This document shows, piece by piece, positions 40,648 through 54,338 of a stretch of 64,000 bases of DNA. Source of the DNA: Cycas panzhihuaensis. Lineage: Eukaryota; Plantae; Cycadophyta. The position numbers and the translations under genes are program-made. Every line of letters begins with the position of its first letter. Within the stretch, counting starts at the first letter, position 1. The notes beneath the pieces are model-generated. The model did no database searches. It worked only from the letters and a program-made list of their open reading frames with translations, and was not told the origin of the DNA. The stretch is taken from NCBI GenBank assembly GCA_023213395.1, contig CM041465.1, positions 211,179,741 to 211,243,740 on the forward strand, read 5' to 3'.

Positions 40648-43451
40648 AGGAGTGCGGATGGCTCCTCGCATAAGAAAGAGAGTATGAAGGAGGTGGTTTT
40701 AGTAAATAAATGAGAAAAGAACAACACACACACGTAAGGAGTTAGTGGGATGGCTAAACTCACCAGTTGGATATTGACCTAAAGGTTGGACTAAAGTAGT
40801 GTACCCAAGATGGATAGAGAGGATAAAGAAGGCGACTTAAAAGGGTGGTGCCCTAAGGTGCCAAATCCAAAAGGATCCTAGGGATAGGAACTAATAAAAG
40901 GAGTGTCTCAAGGTTTTCTATTTGTCAATTGTAATCTTGAGTAATATAAAAGAGTTATGGTACATGCAACAATGTGTCCTTATATGTGAGAATTTACTAA
41001 GTAAGGGAACTATACAAGATTCTCACTGCTTATCTCTCACACATATATCCTCACTCTCATTATCTTTTGAACACGAAAGAAGAGAGATAGCGAGGTGGCT
41101 ATATAATGTGAGACATGCAAAAAGATGCGAGTTCAGCAAGCAATGCAACCAAGTAGGTGTGTAAATATGTAGGGCTATAGTTAGATGAACTTCATCAAGC
41201 AGCAAACTAGCTAAGTGCAAATGGCTTAAACTAGTTCTTCTTGTTTTCCTTTCCTTAAATGATATGTGGGTGAAAGGAAGAAAGCAAGGAGAGGAGGATT
41301 AAAGGAAATGGAAAGTGTAGGTAGCCGATAGTAGAGTTGCCCTTATTATACTTGCTTTCCTCATTCTACCCCAACCATGGGATATGCAACAAAATGGTCT
41401 TGGCGAAGAGGGTAGGGGCTCCTTACCTTTCCCAAGTCAAAAGGAAGCGAAAAGGAGAAATCAAGTATTGCAAGAAAAGAAACAAAAGTAATTATCGTTC
41501 TATCTTGTAACTTGAAGACCAAAAAAGAAACAATGGTTGGAAAGGTGGGGCCTACCTAGATTGGGATTCCTTCTTCCTCTCACGTGCGATAAGCCAACAA
41601 CCTACAATCAAGTGGCGTTTACCCTTTCCCAAGGGGCACCAAGTATATATGGGACAAATGTGCAATATGGTGGAACAATATGATATATGATATTTTAGCC
41701 ACAAGAAATATTGTTATCACAATATCACCTCTTACTCCTTTTACAATATCTAACAAACAAGAAAGGAGAAAGTGGGGGCAAAGGGAGAAGTAGGATAGCT
41801 AGCCTCAAAATGGCCAACCCTCCGGATCTACAATACTCTATACTATCCAAGTACTAGGAGAATGAGGAGAGTGAAAGTATGAGACTCTTAGAACGCAAGC
41901 AAACTAGTTGTGAAGATGTCGACTTTGTTGTCAATGTTGCAAAAGTCATAAAGTGAAACTTTTGCAACCTCAATGAAGTCTAAAAGCGAGACACAAGCAA
42001 GGTATAGAATGGGGTGAATCCCACTCATGTAAGGCTTGCAAGGTCGGTAGTAAGCACGGTAATGGGCTGCCTATGCCGGTGCCGTGATGACCTTCTTTCC
42101 AATAGCCCTTTGGGAGCCTAATAGAGGCACAAGGAAGGAAGAGGTGAGGAGAGAAGGGGGTTCCCTTGAGAAGGAGGCTTCTGAGTCTTGAACCACGCCT
42201 TTGCACCTTTCTCTCTCTACGAGTGCCTCTTCCTTGCTACCTTCTTCGAGAAACTAGGAAGGATCTAGAAGGAAAAAATAAGCAAATAGGAAGGAGAGGG
42301 TTTACCTCCCATTTATGGTGGAAAAGTAGAGAAAAATACTAACAACCCGACTTTTCTAATGTTTAAAGGAAAAGGAAACAAACTACTAGTTTAGAGGTAC
42401 CTATTATGGGTAGATTAGAGGTAGATCTACTTGAGAAATGAGAGGAAAAGGCCACCTATGGGGTTCATAAGCGAAACCCTAAGGGAGCAAAGAAGCTAAA
42501 AGGAACTTGGAGTGAGATTGGAGATATGCACTTAATGAAGCATTTGTACTATGTCCTTCCCTTTATTGGCTAAGGTGTAGGCTGTTGTTATGGATATGGA
42601 GTTGTAAAGGACTAGTGGTTGGTGAGAAGTTGATAATGGCAAACTTATCTTGTTGCGGGGCATTCCTACGTAAATGATATGAAAAACTTAAGTGAGAGAG
42701 CTAAGAAGAAGTGAAATGATGTTATTTTTAGAATTTTAAACCCAACCCTAACTCAATCGAGCAATTAGAGTTTGGCACAGGCCGAGAATAGGTCACTTCC
42801 ACATGGCAATTTCGTAATAAATATGAAATTAGCCATGGAAGATTAAAACACAAGTTGTGATAGTCACTCCATGGTAAACTTAGCGGTCGTGAAGTTTGCG
42901 GTGGTACCGCAAAGTTTAACGAGTGCAAGAGAAACATTAGAAGAATAAAGGGAGGAGAGCCTGAGATCTCTAAAAAGAGGGAAATTCAGGCCTAGAGAGA
43001 TATGGCACCCTATCCAATTGGCGTGAAAGGCTATGGGGTTCCAGAGAGCTTATAACAAACAAGTATTAAAGGTGAAACATTCCTAAAAGAGTCAATAAAT
43101 GGGTGTGGGATGTCAACCAGGCATGGACGAGGTGCTAGGGGTTATGATGTCGACAAGTGGTGTGATTGGGCTACGGAGGCCAAGTGGTACTTAGGAATAT
43201 TGTGGGAGCACGGAGGAGGGTCATGGACTACCATGGGATATGTATCCTAGATCTCCATTAGTTGAGAGAGTGCCGACATGCAATATAGCCAAGAAGTGAA
43301 TGCATAATGATCATGCAACAAATCAATCATCATGTAATGCAAATGCAAGTGTTTCAATCCACCTTTCCTAGAAGTAATAAAGGCGGGATAGAAGCATACC
43401 TATACTTACACCGAGTCGACTCATCCGTATCTATTCGGTGGTTAGGAAACA
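40648..43451 (-). repeat. E1 3' LTR (outer ~240 bp deleted)
   Basis: Colinear with 54597-57396. Reverse PPT ctaccccttgg at 43452-43462. Confidence 0.9.
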
Positions 43452-43523
43452 CTACCCCTTGGCGTGAGCAGAGCCTCACGCCGAAGCGTAACGATGGAAA
43501 ATGCTAGCAATAAAATATTAGAA

Positions 43524-43745
43524 ATATGTATACATATATGTATATATGTATGTATACATATACATATATATGTATACATATATATATATATGTATACATA
43601 TACATATATATGTATACATATACATATATATGTATACATATACATATATATGTATACATATATATGTATACATATACATATATATGTATACATATATATA
43701 TATGTATATATATGTACATATATATGTACATATATATATATATAT
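43524..43745. repeat. Compound (TA)/(TATG)/(TACA) microsatellite
   Basis: Directly visible; source of the spurious Y/I/C/H-rich ORFs; absent at the equivalent E0 site (~38900). Confidence 0.97.
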
Positions 43746-44154
43746 CCAACAAATATGATGATGATATGAGCCAAGGATAACGACGAGTGTTGTGCGGGAT
43801 GTGTGGACAAGGAGATGAGGGAGAGACAACATAGGGTTGCCTATGTGTCGCCCTAAAGTCGACGGTGTAGAGAAAATGGATGGGGATGCCCTTATCGTAT
43901 GAATGCAACACAAATAGTGGTGACGATCATAAGCATCATCGGCGGATGCTATGAAATGGAATGTTATGTACATAGGAGGGCTAGAATAATAAGGGCTCCA
44001 TACCGAGAGCGGTACAAATGGTAAGGCGAAGGAACAACCTAATGGTCACTATAGTTTATCCTCATTAGTGGTTGACTTTCAAGGTGCGAATGGATCATAA
44101 GATGGGAAAGTAGGATGACCCGAACTTGGTGGTTGGATAGGTCCCTCAAGGGGG

Positions 44155-44561
44155 TCATCGAGGAGGGGAGGCGACGCTCGAGGATGAGGTAAATGAGGTT
44201 GTCCGCCTTAGCATTGCGATCTGAGAGATATGTTGGATATCAACGGAAGAGAAATATGACAAAAGAGACCTAGTAGTCAAGGTGAGGGCTCCTGGGCATG
44301 GGCAACACACTGGTAGACCTAGGTGAGGTGAGACATCACGACCGAGAGTTGTAAAGGAGGATGATGGGTTCGCAGTGGAAGCAAAGCACATCGATAAGGG
44401 CTTTAATAATGACCGTGTATTCAACTTTGTTATTAGTTGCTTCAGGGAGGAAGACCACGAAACACATGCGATCATATCAAGAGGGGTCACAAAGGATCCA
44501 CGTGGCGAAAAGGGTCGTGGTTGCCACGACTTCCACCATCGGTGAAAACGATTAATGCCAT
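44155..44561 (-). pseudogene. Stand-alone archaeal-type RNase HI (aRH) of E1
   Basis: ATG at 44561 gives MALIVFTDGGSRGNHDP. Further on: WILCDP, ATNNKVEYTVIIKALID, LLSYFSSVDIQHIS. Matches the RNase HI pattern TDGxSRGNPG / TNNxAEY / GDS / HIxRxxN. Confidence 0.9.
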
Positions 44562-45122
44562 GGCGAGGGAGGTAAAGGCCTCGATGAGATAGACTAGAAA
44601 GAAAGGTGACATTGGGGTCAATGAGTATAGAAGGGTATGGAAGGTAGCATTAGGGCAAATGAAATACTCAAGGCTATAATTAGTCTTGTGAAGGACAGGA
44701 GAGCCCTAAAAGGAGGTTACCCAAGGATGAGAAGACCAATATGAAGGAAAGAAACGATGGCAAAAGGGCCCCTTCTGTGGTCCCAAAGGTCGCTAAAAGG
44801 GTCTCGACAAGGTCTAAGATGAGGGAGGCACTTCTTTTGGGAGCCCCAAAGGCTTGAATGGGCAAAGAAAACAAACTTAAGGCGTGAAATAAGCCAAATA
44901 AGTATAAATATAGGTATGTTTTAGGATAGTGTAAAAATCGAGACGAAATGGGCCTACGAAAGTTTGAAGAGGTCGTCATAAATGCACCTAAGAGGCGAGA
45001 AAAAGGAAGCCATGGAAGTGAAATGGGGATGGACCTAGAAGGAAAAGGTGATATGGGAAAAGAGATGGTCCCAAGGGCTGTCACGGTAGGAGAAATGAAG
45101 GAAGTACTGTCATGGCCCCACC

Positions 45123-45130
45123 TATATAAA
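45123..45130 (+). promoter_or_regulatory. Candidate TATA box for the antisense PMD gene (also 40281-40288 in E0)
   Basis: TATATAAA at the equivalent position in both elements, followed ~190 bp later by GTGAGT/GTAAGT donor-like sites (45316; 40455/40468) and a T-rich tract. Confidence 0.55.
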
Positions 45131-45799
45131 GAAAGCCCTACGAAAACAATATTCATTTTCATGGGCTCACAATTGATTTGGAGCTCTTTCCCTTATGTAG
45201 CGGAGTGCTTCCCAACTTTAGAGGCACGCAGGGAGAGATCAGACTATTGGATTGAGGTTAAAAGACAACCGATAGGACAAAAGCAATGAGATAGTCGTGG
45301 CGAGACCCGGATCTAGTGAGTGGATCGCCCCATATCCATCCCATTTTGTTGCTTTAACTTAATGTATTTTTATGCTTTTAGAGTAATTTTGGCCCTTTAA
45401 GGGCAAATTGGGACTATCTGAGCCTAATTTGGGCTTAGAGAAGGAGAGGACCAGGCATTAGGTAGCCCTAGTCCCAATGGACCGATTATGATCCACTTGA
45501 GTAAAATTTTTGAGTTTTTGGGTATTACCCCTTTATGGGGAGTGCAAATGGCCCCTACGATAAAATTCATGGTGTTGCGAGTTTGCCATAAAGTTGTTGA
45601 GGAAGCATTGAAATTTCGGTGGGGCTCGGGTCAAACTCTACGGTACCACGAGTTTGACATGGGGCGAGTAGCACCAAATGGAAAAAGGAAAGGAAAGAGG
45701 CTCGAGAAAGATGCCAAATTCAACCCTAAAGGGGGGCAAGAGGTAACCGAGGGTAAGTAGGTAGATGTAGAGGTGTTCGACTAATTGTTGGGTGTTTTG

Positions 45800-46630
45800 C
45801 ATGCGTTATCATAGTAGACATCCACAAAAACATAGGGATCGCCATGATGAGTTTCTTGAGATGATGACTTGGAGATAGACATATATTAGGGAGTTGTGGG
45901 CTATTGAAGGCTATTAGGATTCCACAGTATGCTTCAGATCAACATCTCCTGGTAGACATAGTCACTCATTGGGATTATAGATGGCATGTGTTCCACCTCC
46001 CCTAGGTGTGGGATATCACTATCACACCAAGGGATATTCAAAGGATCCTGGGTGTACCAGTAAAAGGAGCATTAGTGTCACTAGGAACGTTGCCTAGTAA
46101 CGACGTTGCACATAGGGATGCGACCATATACTTCAGCGCTAAGAGAGGTGGGATAGATGTGGGATACTAGTTCAGACCATGGTTATGTCACAGATTCCTC
46201 AGGTGAGGAAGTTGATCATGTTGGGCATTACATTAGGGTCTCCCGTAAATAGAACTACGAGGACATACCTAATGGATGGATAGAGATAGTCGGGAGGTGT
46301 GAGGCTAAGGATTGGGCCATTTTGATAGTGGATAATATAGTCACCCAATTAGATGCCATCGAGTGATAGGGAGAGGAGGATTCTCCTATTGTACCTTTAT
46401 TGCGGTGCTAGTTCTTTAATCATTTTAGGCGATAGCACCACCAGGAGGACCACACCCCATCTTGGCACGGGCTCCTATGGTACACAAGTGGCAGACTCGA
46501 TTTAGACGGACCGAGGACTAGGCATACATCCGATTGCTCGGTGAAGACAACATCACTAGACCTCCTCACCATGGCAGACTATACAATGGACCCATATAGA
46601 GAGGTGAGGTGGGATAGTGATGATGAGGCA
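45800..46630 (+). pseudogene. Plant Mobile Domain (PMD, MAIN/MAIL-like) ORF, antisense to gag-pol, in E1
   Basis: From 45880: HILGSCGLLKAIRIPQYASDQHLLVDIVTHWDYRWHVFHLP*VWDITITPRDIQRILGVPVKG, against the PMD consensus LVERW..ETHTFHLP.GEMTITL.DV..ILGLP..G. Later DWAILI, LRC*FFNHF and SLDLLTMADYTMDPY. Confidence 0.85.
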
Positions 46631-47535
46631 GGAGGATCAGGAGGTGCCCCTAAAGATGGCAATGATGATGATGGCGTGATGGAGGTGATGAGGTAGGCCC
46701 ATCGAGAGTGGCAAGACTGCCGAGGAGGGGAGCGAGGCTAAGAGCTCACGGTGGCCTCAAGGAGCCTAGGAGGCATGTGGTCTCTTGGGGAGGGATCACA
46801 CCGACTGGAGATGACACTCCATGAGCACAGAGGCGCCGGAGAGTAGGGCATGACTAGTTTTAGTTAGGAAAGCACAGGACCTCTAGGGAGTCACGATATG
46901 TTACCACATGATTTCACTCCTCCTTGTAAGGATTTTAGCTTCCTACGGATGATGTACTATACTATTTGTCCGATATGATTCCTTATGTATATAAATGGGG
47001 ACCATTGGCACCCCATTTGATGTATGATAATGTGTTATAATGGTGTATGACAATGTATTTTATTATATATTTTACTTATATGTTTGTATGTATGTAGACA
47101 TAGGTGCATGGGTGCACCTAGGGCTAAACATCATGATGATTTAGTTGGTTGTTATATGGTTTTATTGTTAGATCATATGGGTGATGTTTACACTTTGTTT
47201 CATACCAGCCATACTTGTAGTAAGCACGCATGACCACCATGAGCGTGGGTGATGAGCACGTGCGAGGCTAGGAGATGGGGAGCCACATATCCATCAAATG
47301 AGCATAGTGGAATATGCAAAGGAAGCATTAGTAGGAGAGAGAGAGTACGGTACTGGGCATGAAGCCCCGTTGGAGTGCATTTTCAATCTCGAAGTCACAG
47401 AACTAATACATCCAACAAGGAGAGCTAGGAAAGCCACCTAAACTGTCATTCTACCCACAGTTGGGAGGAATGAAGGCGTGCTTAGGGTGGTAGTTTAGGA
47501 TCATTTTGGAGCAAGAAAGAGGGGAATGAGTGCGC

Positions 47536-50500
47536 CTAATCTACATCAAGGTAGGGATAGTTATCGTAGAATTTCTTTAGGAACTTACGATTAAAAGCTT
47601 TCTCGAATTTGAGACCCTCGAAGGTTGCGATCTTGTAAGTACTGCTATCGAGGCTCTCAAGGACGATGAAGGGTCCAACCCATTTAGATCCGAACTTGGA
47701 CAAGTGATCATGGAGATATTCCAACTTGAGGATATGGTCCCGAGGATGCAAAGGATGGGGGCCAACATATTTGTCATATGTCCTTCATGCCTTAGCCTTA
47801 GAGGTGAGATTCACATGGTAGGCCATCAAGTGCTTCTTGTCTAGGGCCTCGAGGTCTAAGAGACATGCACGAAGGGACTCCTCGTCAACAAAGTGTCGAA
47901 GGGAAACTCATAAGAAAGATATCTCTATTTCTAATGGGAGGACCACCTCAATTCTATAAACAACGAAGAATGGAGTCATCCTTGTAGCCATACATTTAAT
48001 ATGTGATACGCCCATTGGACGAAAGGGAGTTGGAGGTGTCAATCCCTTTGGGATTACACAGCATTTTCTTCAACATATTTATGAGGGTTTTGTTAAATGA
48101 TTCTACTTAGCCATTGGCATGAGGGTAATAAGAAGAGGAGGTTTTGTGAGAGATATTAAATTTCTCACAAAGTTTGTTAATTTCCTTATTGCAAAAGGGG
48201 TTCGTTGTGCGTAATCAAGACATCGGGGACCCCAAAGCTGACAAACGATATCTTTGGTAGGCGAAGGTGGCTATCATCTTGCCAAGGGTAGAGGATAGAG
48301 GGACCACTTTAGCCTATTTAGTGAGGTATTGTATCATAGTCAAGATAAACTTATGCTGTAATGAAGAAGGTGGGGTTATGGCCCCAATAAGGTCTAATCC
48401 CCATTGGGAGAAGGGCCATGGAGATATGACGGGGTGTAAGGCCTCGGAAGGTAAATGGGCAATGTTGGCATGCTCTTAACACTGACGACATCACAAGGCA
48501 TAAGTGTGGGCATCCTTGAAGAGAGACGGCCAATAATAACCCATGTGAAGGATCCTTTAGGCCATGGGTGATCCCTAAAATGACCCCGCAAATGTTGTTA
48601 TGGCATTCACGAAGTATTTGGTCCGCCGTCGGGGTTGATGTAGGGGAGAAGGATCCTATCAAAGCATCTCTTCTACAATACCTCCCCATGAGGAAGTACT
48701 ACCTAGCGTAGCTTGAATCGTGACCTAAGCCGTATCACTTGCTTCACGATAATCTTGCTACTCAACGAGGTATCGCATAATGTCCCCATACCACTCGCTA
48801 TTAACAAGTGGATGAGGGAGGAATCATGAATGCCAAAATGGGCTCGTCAAGCAAGGAATCATTAACCGAGTATCCGAAAAATTCGGGATGGGGGTGTCGA
48901 CTAGTTGTTTAGCAATTACCATCCCTTCTTTTATTTCCTATTGACAATTTGGAAATCAAACTCTTAAAGGAGGATGGCCCACTTGCCAGTCCTACCTGTC
49001 ATGTCAGATCAGATTAGTAGAAACCTCAAGGGATCAGACTAGACGATCACTCGAGTAGTGTTTCAAGCAAGTAGTGCTTGAACTTCTTGATAGCATGTAC
49101 CGAGGAGAGACATTCCTTCTCGATGGGAGAGCAATTAAGTTTGGCCACGAGGATACAACCGATGAAGTAAATAGATCTTTCGGTTTCCAAGTCGTCTTCT
49201 TGGGTTAGGATGGTGCCCAAAGATTCGTCAATAGTTGAGGTGTAAAGAATAAAGGGTCTATCAAAGTGAGAAAGCGCCACAGTTGATGTGGAAGCTAGAG
49301 CTCTCTTGAGTTCCTCAAGGCTTGTTCGGCCTTGAGAGACCAAACAAATGGGGCTCCTTTCTTTAATAGGTTGGTAAGGGTTTTGCATTTATGGCGAAGT
49401 TCACCAAGAAACACCTAAGAAATCCGACCTACCCAAGAATAACTTGATCATCATTGGGTCTTAGGAAGTGGCATGTCAAGGATGACCTTAACTTTGTCAA
49501 GGTTGATTTAGATTCCTTGTTTTGAAATAAGGAAGCCAAGGAGTTTGCTAGTTGTTACGGTAAACATGCATTCAAGAGGATTTAGGCTTACATGGTATTT
49601 GCGAGATCGTATGAAGATGGCTCGCAAATTAATAGGATGGTAGGCCCTAATGCGTGAGAGGCCCATCATGTTGTCCATGAAAACCTTAAAAGTGTTGTTA
49701 ATGAGGTCATGAAAGACAAAATGCATCGCCTTTGATAAGTGGCACTGCGTTCTTTAGCCCAAAGGGCATCACTTTGTAAGCAAAGGTGCCCCAAAGCATG
49801 GTGAAGGTCATTTTGTGACGGTCTTCGGGGAAGATTTGGATTTGATTCTAGATTGAGAAGTCGTCCATCAAAGGCATAACTTGATTTGATTGATAAAAGG
49901 GAGAGGAAAGTTATCCTTAGGACATGCATTGTTGATGTCATGAAAATCAACATATATCATAATCAACCCATCCTTTTTGGAAATGGGGATGATATTGGAG
50001 ACCCACTTGGGGTAGTCAATATAAGTGATTAACCCTGTATTTAGGAGTTTCTCCACTTCCATCTTTATAGTAGCTAAGAGTTTTGAGTGAAGAGGGCACT
50101 ACTTTTGATGCACAGTGTGAGCACCCAGAATAGTGGTGAGATTGTGGGTGACAATAGAAGGGTCTATCCCCTTCATATTGGAATAGTCCCATACGATAAC
50201 ATCTCAAAAATCTCGAATAGAAGGGTATACTTCTTCATTTCATCGAGAGCATTTTGCTCCCACCTTTATGACCTTATCGGGAAAGGACTATATCCTGGGT
50301 TGCCTCCATGTACATAGCATTCCCTTCCTCAAAGTGAATGGGGAGCTTAGTCGATGGGAGGGGGAAGAAGAAGATGGATTTGGGTCGATTAAGGGTGACC
50401 TAATAACTAAGACCTTTTGGTGACCAAGCTTATGGTGACCAAGAGGGAGGTTAGGCATGGAGCTCACTAGATGCTCGAGCAAGGCCTTGTCATCCTCAAA

Positions 50501-53050
50501 ATAGTCTACCCCATGGATGACCATGCTTGAGAAGATGAGGAGCAAGCGGTAAAAGGAGTGGTAGGACCATAGCGGTTGACCTACCACTCAATGTACCCAA
50601 GGGACTCTTCGGGAGAGTCTAAGGGAGTCTTCTTGTGAGAAGCAATAAGAGGTTCCTTGCTTCGTCACCCACAGAGGGTGATGAAGCGATATCAAAGATT
50701 GCACGAGTGGCGGGAGCAATAACATGTGACCCAAGAGGAACACTAGTCTCCTCGATGCAAGGGGTTTTAGGTCGAGACCGAAACAAAAAGAGTGCCTCCT
50801 ACTTATATTTAGGAGGGATATAGGATGGGGAAGGTCCTCATCCTTGCCATCGACTCATCATCACTAAGCACGACGAGATACCCATAGCTCCTTATACCAA
50901 TAGGGGCAAAGCATATAAGGTTCACGGAAGAAGGGAAGGGTCTTCTTCCATATGGGATGAACTAAGAATATCAATGGAGTAAGAAAATACATGGGTGGAA
51001 TGGCCCTTGCCACCCTTTGCTTGATCGCGAACTGCTTGACAGGGTTGTTTGGCACGAGGAGGCTCCTAGAGGACAACCCTCATTCGTCCCTCATGGATAA
51101 ATTTAAGTTGTCTCTATCGGAATGAGCACATGGCTCCCATTTATTCGAGTCATCGATCCCAACAAGAGGTTGTAGTCAACGTCCACATCGAGATCTACAA
51201 TGTCGGTGAGGATAGTTTTGTCCTTAAGAGTAAGTGGAATGGACATTGATCCCAAGGGTGTCTTTTTCTACCATCGTAGCCTTGATCTCGCCATGGAATT
51301 GATTCGAGGGTTGAAATGCCAAGATCTTGCATGGTGCGCAAGGGCATAACGTTGACGAAAGAACCATTGTCTATAATGATTCTTTGAATAGTATAGTCAA
51401 GTGTATCAATGGTTATGGTGAAGGGCGGTGCCATTGGCATTCCCTTTCACCGGATGGGGAATATCTTTGGGATCGAAGGAGATGACAGGTTCATGACTTG
51501 GGGCAATACCCAAGGCATGAGCAGATGTGTCAACTAATCCCAAAGTTTCTAAAGAAGGGTACATTATTCAAAGGCCAACTTCTCAAGGCGTCCATCATAG
51601 ACATCCCCATGGTGACAATATAAAGCTTGTTAATGATAGAGAAGGGCTTCCCCTTCGCGGTAGGTTAGGGAAGCGCCCTTCGAAAATCATAATGACTAGG
51701 GCACACGAGAACAGTCTTGGGAAGCGTGGAGATTTCTGGAGAAGGGACTTCCAGAAGAGGATCAAGGTAAGGAGTAAAAGAAGAGGCATCATTTGCCTCT
51801 TTAGTTACTGAGACCGGGTTAAGGCATATAACGGTGTAGTCTCAAGTATTTAAATAACTCTCTTTCCCTTGTTTCGTGATCAAGAGGATGAAGGAGTGTG
51901 GTGGTTGGGAGAAATAGAAGAAGAGGACGAGTTCCTTGTACCCTTCCCTTTGGCTTGTGACGGGTGAGGGTTTAGGGACCTCTCTATTTTGATTACCCTT
52001 TTGTTGGTTATGCGATCATGTTCCCTATGTTTAGGGAAGGGATCCTTATGGACGAGTTGGTTTAGATTTGGCCTAGACACCCATTTGGGAGAAGAATCAC
52101 ATTGCGGGGTGGTTATAGGGTGTTGGGCCTTGCATTGTGAATCTTCATGGAAGCACTTCCCATGGATGGAATACCACTTCTTCTCTAGGGAGGAATCGCT
52201 TCCTCATTTGAGAAGAATAGGCATTCTTGCCCTTTGAGGGAGTGGCTTGAGAGGCTTGGTAAGGTGGTTTGTGTGAGGTGGGGGATGAAGGGGCTTAAAG
52301 TTTAAGCTCCTTCATGGTATGTTCAAAAGAACGTATAGCAGAAGTAAGGGAGTCCAAGGTCTTCTCGCTTGGATGAGAAGAAGACCTAGGAGGTCATAGA
52401 CTTTAGTTTCATAGGGTGGTGGAGGTGCCCCACATCATTGCGAGGCTTCTTGAGACCCGCTTGGATCTCAATGGCCTCAAGCACTAAGCACTTGGCTATG
52501 GCAGAGTTGCATGTCATTGCCCCCATCTTAAGGACTTCAACATGGACTTCTAGGCAAAGGGCATTAACAAAGAGATTTCTCTTTAACTCCTTAGGCGGTG
52601 GTTGCCTTGGTGGAGTGAAGTAGGTCATAGAAGTGTCTCATAAAGTCACGATTCATCTCATCGTGACCTTGTTTAAGAGACAAGAGGGCTTTCATTATGC
52701 TCTCGAAAGGATAAGCTACGTCAAAATAGTTGACGAATTCGTCTACGAGTTGTTGGAATGAAAAGATAGAATGTGTTGACAGGTGATAGAACCACTTAAG
52801 GGCATCGCCTTAGAGAGAGCATGGGAAGAGTTTCATGAGGATATGGTTATATGCCCAATAATTGATGCATGCCATAGAAAAACTCTTGACATGCTCTATT
52901 GGGTCTTATGATGAGGTCCCATCGAACTTGGGAACCTCGGGAGGGTAAGGCGATAAGTTGGTTCTTAGCACCTCAATAGATAAAGGTGTTGATTTATAGT
53001 CCATAAAGGGACATTCCTTTAATTAGACCATAGGATCAATAAAAGATGGG
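47536..53050 (-). pseudogene. E1 gag-pol (gag, protease, RT, native RNase H, integrase), decayed
   Basis: gag LFPCSL*GDALKWFY ~52800. Protease IIIDNGSFVNVMP (51195-51440). RT WVSNIIPISKKDG..VDFHDINNACPKDNFPLP and VFMDNMM. RH CSPIEKECL..KKFKHYLL. Integrase with KFGSKWVGPF. Confidence 0.92.
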
Positions 53051-54338
53051 AGAGGAGGCAAACAAGGTTACTCAAACCCTCCTTGAGAGACTTGGTTTGA
53101 AACGGATATTGACCTCCTCTCGTTTAGTGGGAAGGAGCTAATCCCACATTCGAGGGAATTTGCATAGGAGCGAGTGGGTATGAAGGACCCATCCCTCCCT
53201 AGGAAAACACCCCTTATTGGAAGGAGATTAAGAGATAGTACCTTGGGAGGGGCTTTCCTCCTTGCAAAGGTGTAACATGTAGAAAAGCATAAGAGGATGG
53301 AATGGAGGGAGTAGAACTAGGTTTTGCAGTATGGGCCACCCATAGGTGGATCGATACCATAAGGATGCAAAGGGTCCACCCTATAAACCGGAAGGGATTT
53401 CCTACCGTGTCCCCATGGTTGAGAAGTATAACCTAGACACACGTGAGGGAAGGATCCCTAGGTTAAAGGTTGGGAATGTGTGGGGCGGGCCCCACATAGT
53501 TAGAAGTAGGGTGCCCGTAGCCCCTAGGCCTAATGGGAGGCGGATATACTATGGTTGGTTGGGGTGTAGTTGTTTAGCGGAAAGAGGCATACTCATCCCA
53601 AGTTGGGAAAAGGATACGTCTTGGGTGGTCCCTAAGGACCATGGACCACAGGGGGAGGGGATGAAGCAAGGGACACCCTTGTTGTAGGCAAGGGAGCCTG
53701 ACAGACAGCAAGAAGGAGAAGATGTAGAAGAAGGAAGTAAAATACTCCACAGGATGTTCTCAAACCACTTAGGATGTGATTGGAGATAGGTGTCCTGTAA
53801 GCACCGATTTAGGGATTCCATGATATCTGCAGGAGGGTGTCCCCGATCATAAGAAGTAGAGAGGTCCTCATATGAGGCAAATCCCACAGGCGGTCCTCAT
53901 GAGGATCGCCATCAAAGTGATGGTACTCTAGGGGAGAGGATGCCTCCACCTCATGAGTAGAGAGGTGGTGGACTTGTGGGTGCTCTTGGTTACTCGGAGT
54001 AAGTGATAGGGTCCTTACCCTCTGTGGTGGGCCCTCGAAGGAGGTAGATGGCTAATGGGAGTTAGATATATAGGCATGATATGTCCAATCTAAAGGGAAG
54101 CCTTCCATGGTCGAATCAGATTCAATGAAGGAAGGGTGCGATAAGAGGAGTCTTCCAACAAGCGAGGAAGGCCTCATAAGTGACGAGAAAACCATCACAT
54201 ACAATTTTCACCCTAGGAATTAGAAGAAAAGAAATAAGGCAATAGGTGTTGGAGGCTACCCAACAAATTGAGGAGAGCTATTGGAAAGGAGGTAGCACCA
54301 ACAAGAAATGGAGAGAGGATTAATCCCTCATTGAGGAG

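Noticed and set aside
43442-43973. Six long Y/I/C/H-rich ORFs (also 26748-27203)
   Set aside because: Translations of TA-based microsatellites.
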